A stretch of DNA of 64,000 bases from NCBI GenBank assembly GCA_003132305.1, contig PKXJ01000011.1, positions 48,977 through 112,976 on the forward strand, in the 5' to 3' direction. Source of the stretch: Acidimicrobiaceae bacterium (lineage in GTDB: Bacteria > Actinomycetota > Acidimicrobiia > Acidimicrobiales > RAAP-2). A model generated the notes under the pieces. It was not told the origin of the DNA. It saw nothing but the letters and a program-made list of their open reading frames with translations, and did no database searches. Position numbers and translations under genes: made by a program. This document shows positions 51,186 to 60,860 of this stretch, piece by piece. Numbering within the stretch: position 1 is the stretch's first letter; every line of letters starts with the position of its first letter.

Positions 51186-52256
51186 GTGAGTTCGACTCAG
51201 GGTGAGGTACTCGTCGTCGGTGGCGGAGTGATCGGGACGACCAGCGCGTTTCGTCTCGCCCGAGCGGGTTGGCGGGTCACTCTCTTCGACCCCGCGCCGG
51301 GCTCGGGCGCGACGTGGGCCGCGGCGGGAATGATCGCGCCCAGCGCCGAGGTATCGCCCGGCGAAGAAGACAACTTCAAGTTGCACCGCGGGGCCCTCGC
51401 CGCCTGGCGCGACGTCGCGAGTGACATCCTCGACCAGACCGGAGCCACGCTTGACCTCTTTGAGACCGGCACCTTGCTCGTCGGGTACGACGCAAGTGAT
51501 CGGCGCCTCGTCGACCAGTTCGAACTCGTTGCCAAGAGTTTTGGCGTTCAGCCACAACACGTCACCCGCGTGAGTCACGAGGCGCTCTTTGAGAGCGTCT
51601 CGCCACGAGTTCACGAGGGCCTCTTGTTCAACGAGGACGCGTGGCTCGACCCCGATCAGGCCATTGAACTTCTCACGAGCGCCAACGCGTCTCTTGGCGT
51701 CAGCGTCGTGCGTCAACAGGTTCTCACCGCGACGACCAGCGGTGACCACGTTGAGGTCACAACCGCCGATGCGACCTTTCGCGGTGACGTGGGCATCCTC
51801 GCCACTGGAGCTCGTCCTCTGCCGCACGGCGTGGCGGAGAAGGTCGCGAACACTGTTCGCCCCGTGCGCGGGATGACCGTTCGAGTCCAAGGAGTCGATC
51901 GCTCCGCGCTCCCCACGCTTCGTGCCTACGTTCGTGGTCGTTCCTTTTACATGGTCAGCCGCCCGGGAGGCTACTGCGTGCTCGGCGCTTCGTCCGATGA
52001 GCAAGAGGAGCTGATCGTTGAAGTCGGCGAACTCCAGCGGCTTCTGCGCGACGCGTTGGACGTCGTACCCTCGCTCGAAAGTGCGGCAATCGTGGAGACG
52101 CGTCAAGGTCTTCGACCCGCGAGCAAGGATCTCGCGCCCTTCATTGAGACCGTGGACGAGCGTTGGGCGTGGCTGTCGGGTCACTATCGTCATGGCGTGA
52201 CCCTCGCACCCCTCGCCGCTCAAGAAGCGCAGTCGTTCGCGCAGGGCCTTAGGTGA
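51186..52256 (+). CDS. thiO: glycine oxidase ThiO
   Basis: 356 aa. VVGGGVIGTT FAD motif and C-terminal GHYRHGVTLAP. Directly coupled to thiS. Confidence 0.8.
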   Translation: MSSTQGEVLVVGGGVIGTTSAFRLARAGWRVTLFDPAPGSGATWAAAGMIAPSAEVSPGEEDNFKLHRGALAAWRDVASDILDQTGATLDLFETGTLLVGYDASDRRLVDQFELVAKSFGVQPQHVTRVSHEALFESVSPRVHEGLLFNEDAWLDPDQAIELLTSANASLGVSVVRQQVLTATTSGDHVEVTTADATFRGDVGILATGARPLPHGVAEKVANTVRPVRGMTVRVQGVDRSALPTLRAYVRGRSFYMVSRPGGYCVLGASSDEQEELIVEVGELQRLLRDALDVVPSLESAAIVETRQGLRPASKDLAPFIETVDERWAWLSGHYRHGVTLAPLAAQEAQSFAQGLR

Positions 52257-52447
52257 TTCACGTCAACGGCGCCGACGACGACTTTCTCGCTGAGACGGTT
52301 GACGCACTCTTGGCGCGGCGCGGTATCGAATCGCGGGGTGTCGCGGTGGCGCTCGACGGCGAGATCGTGCGCCGCTCAGAGTGGCCGAGCACCCTCGTTC
52401 CTGACGGAAGCAGCATTGAAATAGTCACGGCCGTGGCCGGGGGATAG
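52253..52447 (+). CDS. thiS: sulfur carrier protein ThiS
   Basis: 64 aa ending ...IEIVTAVAGG* (the C-terminal Gly-Gly). Confidence 0.8.
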   Translation: MIHVNGADDDFLAETVDALLARRGIESRGVAVALDGEIVRRSEWPSTLVPDGSSIEIVTAVAGG

Positions 52448-52460
52448 GTAAGGAGTCTGA

Positions 52461-52616
52461 ATGGCAGTCGACGAATTAGTGGTGGCGCTCGACCAACGAA
52501 TACTCGAGGCGCTCCAGGCGAAGGCCACGGGAGAGACCGTCGCGTACCTCTGTGAAGCGCGCGCGTGGTTGACCGATCCGAGTCAACCTCACGGTGCGCA
52601 CCGCCCAATCAATTAA
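52461..52616 (+). CDS. small ORF (51 aa), unknown function
   Basis: Below the track cut-off. ATG is preceded by a strong SD (tAAGGAGtctgaATG). Translation MAVDELVVALDQRILEALQAKATGETVAYLCEARAWLTDPSQPHGAHRPIN*. Confidence 0.4.
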   Translation: MAVDELVVALDQRILEALQAKATGETVAYLCEARAWLTDPSQPHGAHRPIN

Positions 52617-52643
52617 GAGGGGCCGAGTAGGATTGCTCCTTCA

Positions 52644-52722
52644 CGGGCTGTGGCTTAGTTTGGTCTAGAGCGCTCGGCTGGGGGCCGAGAGATCGGGAGT
52701 TCAAATCTCCCCAGCCCGACCA
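52644..52722 (+). tRNA. tRNA-Pro (anticodon GGG), CCA encoded
   Basis: Manual cloverleaf: acceptor CGGGCTG/CAGCCCG; D-arm GCTT..GAGC; anticodon stem CTCGG/CCGAG with loop CT-GGG-GG; T-arm GGGAG-TTCAAAT-CTCCC; discriminator A followed by CCA. Confidence 0.9.
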
Positions 52723-52733
52723 GAGGATCAGCT

Positions 52734-53438
52734 TTACAGCTCGAGATGAATCGGCCATTCGTAACGGCCGGCCTCGATGGGCGCCTCGCCCTTCTTTTCT
52801 AAGTAGAGCGAAAAGCTGGACAGCCACTCTTGGTACCAGGCGCGCAGCGTGAGATTGATCTCCGCAACGGGGATCCGTTCTATCTCTGGAAAACGCGCCA
52901 GCATCACTTCAAAGACGAGGAGACTGGCCTCGGCGTCGTCGGCGGCCGAGTGGGCGCTGCGCAGGGTGACGCCGTAGTGCAGACAGAGATCAGTGAGTTT
53001 GCGCGCTCCCTTTCGCCACTTATCAAAGTGACGATCGAGCACGAGGATGTCCATCACGGCGCCGACCTCGCCACGCTGTTCGAGCGTGGCTATCTCCAGG
53101 CGTCGACAGATTGAGTCCACCATCGTGAGGTCGTAGCCGACGTTCATCCCGACGACGACCCCGCCGGATTTCCACAGCGTGCTCAACCGTTCGGCAATGG
53201 TCTCAACGGCGTCGCGAAGTAGCGGCGCGTCAACAACCATGTCATTGGTGATGCCGTGCACCGCCGACGCGCCCGCTGGTATGGGCACGCCGGGGTTCAC
53301 GTAGCCACCTTCAATTCGCGTTTCCGAGCTGCTCGCTTCGCGAACGTGTTGGACGAAACCGTACGACACGGGTACGTCACGAAAGGAACTGACGCCCGTC
53401 GTTTCCAGGTCGAAGCCCACAAAGTCAGTCACCGTCAC
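52734..53438 (-). CDS. DEDDh 3'-5' exonuclease (DnaQ-like)
   Basis: 234 aa. Exo I GFDLETTG, Exo II NVGYDL, Exo III HSAADDA. Confidence 0.8.
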   Translation of the reverse strand: MTVTDFVGFDLETTGVSSFRDVPVSYGFVQHVREASSSETRIEGGYVNPGVPIPAGASAVHGITNDMVVDAPLLRDAVETIAERLSTLWKSGGVVVGMNVGYDLTMVDSICRRLEIATLEQRGEVGAVMDILVLDRHFDKWRKGARKLTDLCLHYGVTLRSAHSAADDAEASLLVFEVMLARFPEIERIPVAEINLTLRAWYQEWLSSFSLYLEKKGEAPIEAGRYEWPIHLEL

Positions 53439-53653
53439 GTCCTCGATCGCACTTCGATCAGGTTACTTAGTTGCCTCACTGATCTTTCGCGGGATTCGGA
53501 GAAGATTCCCTCGCCTGGAGGTCCGTTGCCCGGTTGGCACCCCGGTAGAATTGACGCTCAAAGGCCGGGGTGAGACCCGGCGTTCGCGCGGTTGGGGCCC
53601 GCGAAACACGAAGTGCCAAGAGAGGGTGAATCCAACCGCTGGTTGGACACAGT

Positions 53654-55066
53654 ATGGAGAAGAAGGACCCCTTCGTCTTACGCCACCTGGCCGAAGTGCA
53701 GCCCGAACTGTGGTGGTTGGACTCTGATCCCCTCGAACCCGAATCGCACGCCGCGCTCATTGGTGACGTCGGAGCCGACCTGTGCGTCGTGGGCGCCGGC
53801 TATACGGGCCTGTGGACCGCGCTGTTGGCCAAAGAACGCGATCCAAAGCGCGAAGTCATCGTGCTCGAGCAGTACGAAACGGGCGCGGGCGCCTCGGGGC
53901 GTAACGGAGGCTTCTGCAGCGCGTCACTCACGCACGGATTCAATAACGGCATGAGCCGCTTCGCCAGCGAGATGCCCGTCATCGAACGACTCGCTCGCGA
54001 GAATCTCAACGAGATAGAAGCGACGATCGAGCGCTACCAGATCGAGTGCGACTGGGAACGTACTGGTGAACTACGCGTCGCGGTCGCGCCGTGGCAGCTC
54101 ACGGGAATGGTCGAAGAGGCACGACTACGAAACGAGATGGGCGACCGCGTTGAAGTGCTAGACCGAGAACAGGTTCAGGCGCGCATCCACTCCCCCTCGT
54201 ATGAAGGCGCGCTCTTTGACGTCGACGGCACCGCTCTCGTCGACCCTGCGCGACTGGTGTGGGGTCTCGAGCGAGCCTGTCTCTCCCTGGGCGTCACGAT
54301 CCACGAAAACTCGAAGGTTGAATGGCTCGAGGACGTCGATGACGCGGTGCGCGTGCACACGCCCTACGGCGCGGTGACGGCGGCGAAAGTGGCGCTCGCG
54401 ACGAACGTCTTTCCTTCGTTGATCCGTCAAGCACGCAAGTACGTCGTGCCGGTCTACGACTACACGCTCGTCACCGAGCCTCTCAGTGACGCACAACTCG
54501 AGAGTATTGGCTGGAAGGGCCGCGAGGGCGTGGCCGACTCGGGCAACCTGTTCCACTACTACCGTCTCACGAAGGACAACTCCATCCTGTGGGGTGGTTA
54601 CGACGCCATCTACAACTTTCGCGCCAAAGCCCGTCGCGACTACGAGTTCAACGCCGAGACCTACGCCAAACTCGCGGGCCACTTTCTCAAGACCTTCCCC
54701 CAACTGGCGGGCGTCAAGTTCACGCACTCCTGGGGCGGCGCGATTGACACCTGCACCCGATTTTCACCCTTCTGGGGAACGGCGTACGGGCGCAAGGCCA
54801 GCTACGTGATGGGCTTCACCGGACTCGGCGTGGCGTCCACGCGCTTTGGTGCGTCGGTGATGTTGGACCTCCTCGACGGACAAGAGACCGAGCGCACCAA
54901 GTTGACCATGGTGCGAAAAAAGCCAATGCCCTTTCCTCCCGAGCCCTTGCGGTGGGTCTTTATCCGACTTACTCAGCGTGCGATTCAACGAGCCGATGAA
55001 CATGGTGGGCGCCGCAATCTTTGGCTAAAACTCCTGGGCCTCTTTAATCTTGGATTCGATTCCTGA
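53654..55066 (+). CDS. FAD-dependent oxidoreductase (DAO family, PuuB-like)
   Basis: 470 aa. VVGAGYTGLWTA..E....GASGRNGG dinucleotide-binding motif. Confidence 0.85.
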   Translation: MEKKDPFVLRHLAEVQPELWWLDSDPLEPESHAALIGDVGADLCVVGAGYTGLWTALLAKERDPKREVIVLEQYETGAGASGRNGGFCSASLTHGFNNGMSRFASEMPVIERLARENLNEIEATIERYQIECDWERTGELRVAVAPWQLTGMVEEARLRNEMGDRVEVLDREQVQARIHSPSYEGALFDVDGTALVDPARLVWGLERACLSLGVTIHENSKVEWLEDVDDAVRVHTPYGAVTAAKVALATNVFPSLIRQARKYVVPVYDYTLVTEPLSDAQLESIGWKGREGVADSGNLFHYYRLTKDNSILWGGYDAIYNFRAKARRDYEFNAETYAKLAGHFLKTFPQLAGVKFTHSWGGAIDTCTRFSPFWGTAYGRKASYVMGFTGLGVASTRFGASVMLDLLDGQETERTKLTMVRKKPMPFPPEPLRWVFIRLTQRAIQRADEHGGRRNLWLKLLGLFNLGFDS

Positions 55067-55186
55067 ACGTCCTGATCACGACGTCACGTGAACACGGACG
55101 TGCTGTATTGAAGAGTTCGCTAACGCGCGGTCGAGTCTCTCACCGTTGATGAACCATCTCGGGGTGCGTTCTTGACCGTCAATCTT

Positions 55187-55238
55187 CGGACTCTTGACCC
55201 GTCGCCCCCACGGTCCAAGGGGTCAAGAGTCCGGTTTT
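55187..55238 (+). terminator. rho-independent terminator between convergent genes
   Basis: Perfect 14-bp stem cggactcttgaccc / gggtcaagagtccg (55187-55200 / 55220-55233) followed by gTTTTa. The T-run overlaps the acs stop codon. Confidence 0.6.
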
Positions 55239-57375
55239 ACTCGGAGGAACCGAAGGACTTTATCGCCGCGAGCTCCGCAGCACTCAACTCTCGTGGCTGA
55301 TCACCGCTCGCCACCTTTTCGCTCTGCACGTAGTGACGAATGTCCTCGACGACTTCAGGGTTGGCCAAGGTCGTTATGTCGCCGACTTCGGTGAAGTTCG
55401 AGATCGAGGCGATAACCCGGCGCATAATCTTTCCCGAACGGGTCTTAGGCATATCAGCCACGATCCACACGTTCTTCGGCCGGGCGACCTTGCCGATCTC
55501 CTTTTCAATCATCGACGACACCTGTTTGTCGATCCCACTATCTGGACTGACTCCCGGATCCAGTGCGATGTACATCTCGACCGCGTGGCCGCGCACGTCG
55601 TCGACTACGGGAACTGCCGCTGCTTCAGCCACGCCGTCAACCATGATGGCCGCCGACTCCAACTCTTTGGTCCCGAGGCGATGTCCCGATACGTTGATCA
55701 CGTCGTCTACGCGACCGAGGATGCGGTAGTAACCGTCACTGGCCTGCATGGCGCCGTCGTTGGCAAAGTACGGCCAGTCGTGCCAGTCCTTACTCTTTTT
55801 ATCAGTGTTGTACTTCTCGTAGTACGTCTGGACGAAGCGATCCGGGTCTCCCCAAATCGTCTGGAAGATGCCCGGCCACGGGTTGCGGATACAGATGTTG
55901 CCAGCTATGCCGCTGCCCGCCAGGACTTCCTCGCCATTTTCGTCGAGGATCTTTGGGAATATTCCGATCACCGCCGGACCACAACTGCCGGGTTTCATCG
56001 GGTTAAGGGCGGGCAGGCCGCTGCCCAAGAATCCGCCGTTCTCCGTCTGCCACCAGGTGTCGACAATGACGGCCTCGCCCTTACCGACGACGTCGTAGTA
56101 CCAGCGCCAGACGTCCGGCTCTATTGGCTCGCCCACGGTCGTCATGTGCCTGAAGTGGTAGTTGTACTTCTTGGGCTCGTCGGGGCCGACCTTACGCAAC
56201 GTACGGATCGTCGTGGGTGCGGTGTGAAAGTGAGTTACACCGAGTCGCTCGGCGATCCTCCAGGCGCGGCCCGCGTCGGGGTACGTGGGTATGCCCTCGT
56301 ACATGACCGTCGTCGTACCAAGTGCAAGCGGACCGTACACGATGTAGGAGTGCCCAGTGATCCAGCCGATGTCCGCGGCGCACCAGTACGTGTCCTCCGG
56401 GTGGATGTCCTGGTAGTACTTCGCCGTGCCGGCTACGTAGGCTAAGTAGCCACCCGTGCTGTGTTGGCAGCCCTTTGGCTTACCCGTCGTGCCACTCGAG
56501 TACATGATGAAAAGCGGTGCCTCCGCCGGCATCGACACCGGGGCCACCAACTTTCCCTTGTACGGCGGCATGATCTCGTCGACGAAGAAGTCCCGTCCGG
56601 GGACCATCGGACTCTTCGAGGCGTACTCGCCGGGGTTCCTTCGAAACACGAGGACCTTTTCGACCACCACGCCCTCTTCGAGAGCTCTCGCCACCGCTTC
56701 GTCGGTCTTGACCTTGTGATCCTGGAGCACGCCGCCGCGGTAGTAACCGTCCATCGTGATCAAAATCTTGCTCTTGGAGTCGGCGATCCGGCCTCCGCAG
56801 GCGGCGCCCGAAAAGCCACCGAACACTTGTGAGTGGATGACCCCAAGACGTGCACACGCGAGCATCGCCACCGGCAACTCAGGCACCATGGGCATGTGGA
56901 AAGTGGCCACGTCACCAGTCTTCACACCACAGAAGCCCTCGAGCAGCGCCGCGAACTCGTTGACCCGGGCGTAGAGCTCTTGATAAGTGATGACCTCGGT
57001 GTCGTCCTCTTCGAGTTCGGGTTCAAAAATAATCGCCGCCTTGTTTCGATCGGTGGCCAAGTGACGGTCCACGCAGTTGTACGAGGCGTTGAGCCGACCC
57101 CCTACGAACCACTTCCAAAACGGTGCGTTGCTGGTGTCCAGCGTCGTGTGCCAGTACTGGTCCCAAGAAAGGAGATCGCCGTACTCTTTGAAGCATTCGG
57201 GGAAGTTCTTCTCACTGAATCGTTCGAAGATGCTCGGATCGGACACGTTCGCTTGCCCGATGAACTTCGCCGATGGGAAGTAGTAGCCCTCTTCGCGCCA
57301 GTGCACTGAAATTTGAGCTTCTGAAGCCTTGTCCGAGCCCATCGCTTCCTTGGTCTCGTCACTTTGTTTCGACAT
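55237..57375 (-). CDS. acs: acetate--CoA ligase (AMP-forming acetyl-CoA synthetase)
   Basis: ATG at 57375 after AGAGGGGGA, 712 aa. Collinear with E. coli Acs blocks (NCVDRHL, MPMVPE..AMLACAR.G, SSGTTGKPKG, WITGHSY, PKTRSGKIMRR). Confidence 0.85.
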   Translation of the reverse strand: MSKQSDETKEAMGSDKASEAQISVHWREEGYYFPSAKFIGQANVSDPSIFERFSEKNFPECFKEYGDLLSWDQYWHTTLDTSNAPFWKWFVGGRLNASYNCVDRHLATDRNKAAIIFEPELEEDDTEVITYQELYARVNEFAALLEGFCGVKTGDVATFHMPMVPELPVAMLACARLGVIHSQVFGGFSGAACGGRIADSKSKILITMDGYYRGGVLQDHKVKTDEAVARALEEGVVVEKVLVFRRNPGEYASKSPMVPGRDFFVDEIMPPYKGKLVAPVSMPAEAPLFIMYSSGTTGKPKGCQHSTGGYLAYVAGTAKYYQDIHPEDTYWCAADIGWITGHSYIVYGPLALGTTTVMYEGIPTYPDAGRAWRIAERLGVTHFHTAPTTIRTLRKVGPDEPKKYNYHFRHMTTVGEPIEPDVWRWYYDVVGKGEAVIVDTWWQTENGGFLGSGLPALNPMKPGSCGPAVIGIFPKILDENGEEVLAGSGIAGNICIRNPWPGIFQTIWGDPDRFVQTYYEKYNTDKKSKDWHDWPYFANDGAMQASDGYYRILGRVDDVINVSGHRLGTKELESAAIMVDGVAEAAAVPVVDDVRGHAVEMYIALDPGVSPDSGIDKQVSSMIEKEIGKVARPKNVWIVADMPKTRSGKIMRRVIASISNFTEVGDITTLANPEVVEDIRHYVQSEKVASGDQPRELSAAELAAIKSFGSSE

Positions 57376-58061
57376 GTATCCCCCTCTTTCGCGGTCTGAA
57401 ATACTCAAGCACATTGTCCCGTACGGGCGACCCCGTGATCCCATAGTCCCGGTCCGCTAATTTGAACTCCGCCAACGAACACTGCTCACTTTTTCTACCA
57501 CAGTTGAACCAAGTTCTCACCTAGAAGATCAGTCCACCCCAACGACAGATCGCCAAGCGACGCGAGCAACTTAACCGAACCACGCTCCGCGCCCGCGCTA
57601 AGCCATCGATAAAGCAGAGGGCTGCGCGAATCCGAGCGGCACCATTCCTACGCTCACCGTGGTGAGGAGCGCTGAGATCAAGGCGAAAAGTGGCGAAGTA
57701 CGGCAGTCCCGCCCCGCCGAGCACGAGACGCACTCCTCTATCGAATGTCGCTCCGAGAACCTCTTTTCGGGCATTGAGTTCGCGGACTACGCCAGTGCAG
57801 CCGCGTTCTCTCGCTGTTCGCGTCGCTGTGCGTGAGGTGGCTCGCGGTCGGCCTTAACAACTCGTTGTCAATCGAAGTTCAATCGTTGGCCAATACGCAC
57901 GTCACGCAGAAACGAAACTGTCGTTCGTCTTTCATTGCACTACGCAAGTTGCGTCAATGGGCGACCTGTTGCCGCATGGGTACATTCGCGCTTCTACGTT
58001 GCCGGAAGAGTTCTGCTAGCAAACCGACGAGAGATCAAGACGCGTTCATACGATCGTAAAT

Positions 58062-58101
58062 GCCAACAGCGCCCGAACCTTTCGGCACGGGCGCTGTTGG
58101 C
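58062..58101 (-). terminator. strong hairpin downstream of the satP-like gene (no clear U-tract)
   Basis: Perfect 14-bp stem GCCAACAGCGCCCG / CGGGCGCTGTTGGC with a 12-nt loop, 38 nt after the stop. A second small hairpin lies at about 58112-58125. Confidence 0.45.
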
Positions 58102-58138
58102 GGTTGGGTCCGGTGGCAAGCCACCAGTGACCCCTACG

Positions 58139-58702
58139 TTAGCCTCGTGGGCCAACCGGTAGCACGACCTTGCCGTGCGTCGAGTTAATAACCCCAGCCG
58201 CCGAGGCGTACCAGGCGGCAGCGGCCGTGGCGATCCCGGTCCAGCCGCCGATCTTTACTAGTCCCGTGTGTCCGACGCCCCAGTTACCAATTGTCAGGAA
58301 AATAAAGGTGATTGACAGCAGCACGAAAACGGTAAGCACCGCAGTGTTGACTTTCGTCGCCGCCACGGTCATGTACAAGGTGAAAATCGTCCAACTCAGC
58401 AAGAAAATGCCCACCGTGTCGGTACCTCCACCAGGAAGGTTGAACTTTTCCAGAGCGTAGAAGGACAACCAGAACGCGCCGTATGACGAAAACGCCAGCG
58501 CCGCGAAGGTGTTCTTTCGTACGAACTCCCACATGCCTGCGAGTAGCTGTACCGTTCCCCCGTAGAAGAACGCTAAGCCCAGTGCCGCAGCGACGCCGGC
58601 ACCGCTCCACAGGTGTGCGTTGGCACTACTCAGTGCAAACGTCGTCATAGCGAATCCCGCAAGTCCCAAGGGACCCGGATCCGCAACTCTTTCATCGGCC
58701 AT
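58139..58702 (-). CDS. satP: acetate/succinate channel, GPR1/FUN34/YaaH (SatP) family
   Basis: 187 aa, 6 TM. N-terminal ADPGPLGLAGFAMTTF (family NPxPLGL signature). SD GGGAGGA lies 8 nt before the ATG. Confidence 0.85.
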   Translation of the reverse strand: MADERVADPGPLGLAGFAMTTFALSSANAHLWSGAGVAAALGLAFFYGGTVQLLAGMWEFVRKNTFAALAFSSYGAFWLSFYALEKFNLPGGGTDTVGIFLLSWTIFTLYMTVAATKVNTAVLTVFVLLSITFIFLTIGNWGVGHTGLVKIGGWTGIATAAAAWYASAAGVINSTHGKVVLPVGPRG

Positions 58703-58765
58703 TTAAATCCTCCCAAATAAGGATTAATTCAAGCCGCCGCGATGGTGGCCCATAAGAGATTAAAC

Positions 58766-58782
58766 ACCAATGAACACTTGGT
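58766..58782. promoter_or_regulatory. inverted repeat ACCAA-n7-TTGGT
   Basis: acACCAAtgaacacTTGGTtt in the AT-rich satP upstream region. The half-site is shared with the repeat at 58824. Confidence 0.25.
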
Positions 58783-58803
58783 TTGTGGGATTTCTTTCAA
58801 ATT

Positions 58804-58819
58804 TGTGACGCGATTCACA
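58804..58819. promoter_or_regulatory. perfect CRP/GlxR-type palindrome TGTGA-n6-TCACA
   Basis: tTGTGAcgcgatTCACAa, centred about 110 nt upstream of the satP ATG. It matches the canonical CRP-family consensus half-sites exactly. Confidence 0.5.
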
Positions 58820-58823
58820 AGGA

Positions 58824-58843
58824 CCACCAAATTTACTTGGTGG
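58824..58843. promoter_or_regulatory. inverted repeat CCACCAA-n6-TTGGTGG
   Basis: Perfect 7-bp arms immediately next to the CRP-type site. Confidence 0.25.
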
Positions 58844-58910
58844 TAAGCGTTGCGGTTGTTACGCGTTGCACGACCGAACAAAATAAAATAATTCTTTGGC
58901 AGCGATCCCT

Positions 58911-59678
58911 TTAGAGGATGGCCTCACGAAAGGATCGAACGAACGCTTCGACGTCCGAGGGCGTTCCACCCTCGAGGATGATCTTCACGAGTGCCGATCC
59001 CACGATGACGCCGTCACTGAATGACGCGGCCACCGCCGCTTGGGTCGGCGTCGATATTCCGATGCCAACGTACACGGGCACGTCGCTCACCTCGCGCAAA
59101 GAGGCCACGACGCGCGCACCCTCCCCCTCGTCACTCGCGGCGCCGGTGACCGCCATACGAGCTGACGCGTAGACGAAGCCTTGCGAGCGACGCGCCACTT
59201 CTCGTACGCGCGACGCCGGCGTGGAGGGGGCCACGAGAAAGACCGTGGCCACGTCGTGCTCGTCACACGCGGCGCACCACTCGTCAGACTCCTCGAGAGA
59301 GAGATCGGGCACAATGGCGCCCGTGATGCCAGACTCCCTCAGTCGTCCCGCCGCGCGGCTCAGTCCGTAGTGGAGAAAAATGTTGTAGTAGGTCATGGCG
59401 AGAAGGGGAATCGCCGTCTCGAGAGACTCCAACTCTTGACAGATCGATTCGAGGGTGGTGCCGCGTTCGAGTGATCGAAGGGCGGCCTCTTGAATCACGA
59501 CTCCGTCCATCATGGGATCAGAGAATGGAACGCCAATCTCAATGACGTCGGCGCCCCCGAGCACCGCCGCCTCGACGTGGCGCGTCCAATCGGGGGTCGC
59601 CCCGGCGACAAAGTAGGGCACGAGCGCTTTGCGGCCTTCTGCACGAAGGCTGCGCAGCTTCACTTCGAGCGACTTCAC
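58911..59678 (-). CDS. trpA: tryptophan synthase alpha chain
   Basis: 255 aa. [18 protein letters not shown] motif. 4-nt overlap with trpB. Confidence 0.9.
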   Translation of the reverse strand: MKSLEVKLRSLRAEGRKALVPYFVAGATPDWTRHVEAAVLGGADVIEIGVPFSDPMMDGVVIQEAALRSLERGTTLESICQELESLETAIPLLAMTYYNIFLHYGLSRAAGRLRESGITGAIVPDLSLEESDEWCAACDEHDVATVFLVAPSTPASRVREVARRSQGFVYASARMAVTGAASDEGEGARVVASLREVSDVPVYVGIGISTPTQAAVAASFSDGVIVGSALVKIILEGGTPSDVEAFVRSFREAIL

Positions 59679-60859
59679 GCTTCACCGCGCAGTAGGGCGC
59701 GAACCTGCGCGACGTCCTTGTCACCGCGCCCCGAGAGATTCAGCAGGACCGAGGATCCCCGGGGCACCAGTCCCCCGACCTCTTTCACGATCCACGCCAC
59801 GGCGTGCGCCGTTTCGAGGGCGGGGATGATGCCTTCACTTTCGCTGAGGAGCGAGAGGGCGCTGAGTACGTCTTCGTCGCCGATCGCGTAGTACTCCGCT
59901 CTATTGGTAGCCGCGAGGTAAGCGTGTTCGGGACCGATGCCGGGGTAGTCGAGACCCGCCGAAATCGAGTGCGCTTCTTCGATCTGTCCGAACTCGTCCT
60001 GAAGCAACAGCGAGCGCATTCCGTGCAGCACGCCGGGGGAACCACTTCGCACCGCGGCGCCTCCGGCCGCCTCGACGCCAATAAGTCTCGCGTCACTGTT
60101 GGCAAAGCCCGCGAACACGCCCGCCGCGTTCGATCCTCCCCCCACGCAGGCCACGACGACGTCGGGCGTACCGACGCCGAGCTCGTCGAGTTGCGCGGCG
60201 GCCTCTATCCCAATGATGCTCTGGAACTCTCGCACCATCCAGGGAAAGGGGTGGGGACCCATCACCGAACCCAAGCAGTAGTGCGTGTCGGCGACGCACG
60301 TCACCCACTCTCGCATCGCTTCGTTGACCGCGTCCTTCAAAGTCCTCGAACCCGACGTCACCGGTACCACGGTGGCGCCCAAGAGTTCCATACGAAACAC
60401 GTTGAGCTCTTGGCGCTTCGTGTCGACTTCACCCATGAAGACCGTGCACGAGAGGCCCAGCCGTGCGGCGGCCGTCGCGGTGGCGACGCCGTGTTGACCG
60501 GCGCCAGTCTCGGCAATGACCCGCGGCTTACCCATGCGTTTGGTGAGCAACGTCTGGCCAATGACGTTGTTGATCTTGTGCGATCCGGTGTGCGCGAGGT
60601 CTTCTCTCTTCGCAAAGAGGCTGATCCCGAGCCGTTCCGAGAGTCGGGGCAGCGGCGTCACGGGCGTCGGGCGCCCCGCGAACTGGCGCAGGACGAGGTG
60701 ATACTCCGCGACGAAGGTGACGTCACTCCACGCGCTTCGAAACGCCTCTTCGAGTTCGAGACAGGCCGGCATCAGCGCCTCGGGGACGAAGCGACCACCG
60801 AAGTCGCCAAAACGGCCTCGCTCGTCGGGCACACCCATCACGTGGTCGCGCTCGGACAC
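59675..60859 (-). CDS. trpB: tryptophan synthase beta chain
   Basis: 394 aa. [14 protein letters not shown]-Lys [15 protein letters not shown]. Confidence 0.9.
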   Translation of the reverse strand: MSERDHVMGVPDERGRFGDFGGRFVPEALMPACLELEEAFRSAWSDVTFVAEYHLVLRQFAGRPTPVTPLPRLSERLGISLFAKREDLAHTGSHKINNVIGQTLLTKRMGKPRVIAETGAGQHGVATATAAARLGLSCTVFMGEVDTKRQELNVFRMELLGATVVPVTSGSRTLKDAVNEAMREWVTCVADTHYCLGSVMGPHPFPWMVREFQSIIGIEAAAQLDELGVGTPDVVVACVGGGSNAAGVFAGFANSDARLIGVEAAGGAAVRSGSPGVLHGMRSLLLQDEFGQIEEAHSISAGLDYPGIGPEHAYLAATNRAEYYAIGDEDVLSALSLLSESEGIIPALETAHAVAWIVKEVGGLVPRGSSVLLNLSGRGDKDVAQVRALLRGEA

Positions 60860-60860
60860 C

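Noticed and set aside
52609-52827. 72-aa minus-strand ORF
   Set aside because: It lies across the tRNA-Pro gene and is an artefact.
52644-53438. tRNA-Pro as an integration site for a genomic island (adjacent exonuclease gene)
   Set aside because: I found no integrase, no direct repeat of the tRNA 3' end, and no compositional shift that I can see. The neighbouring genes are ordinary.
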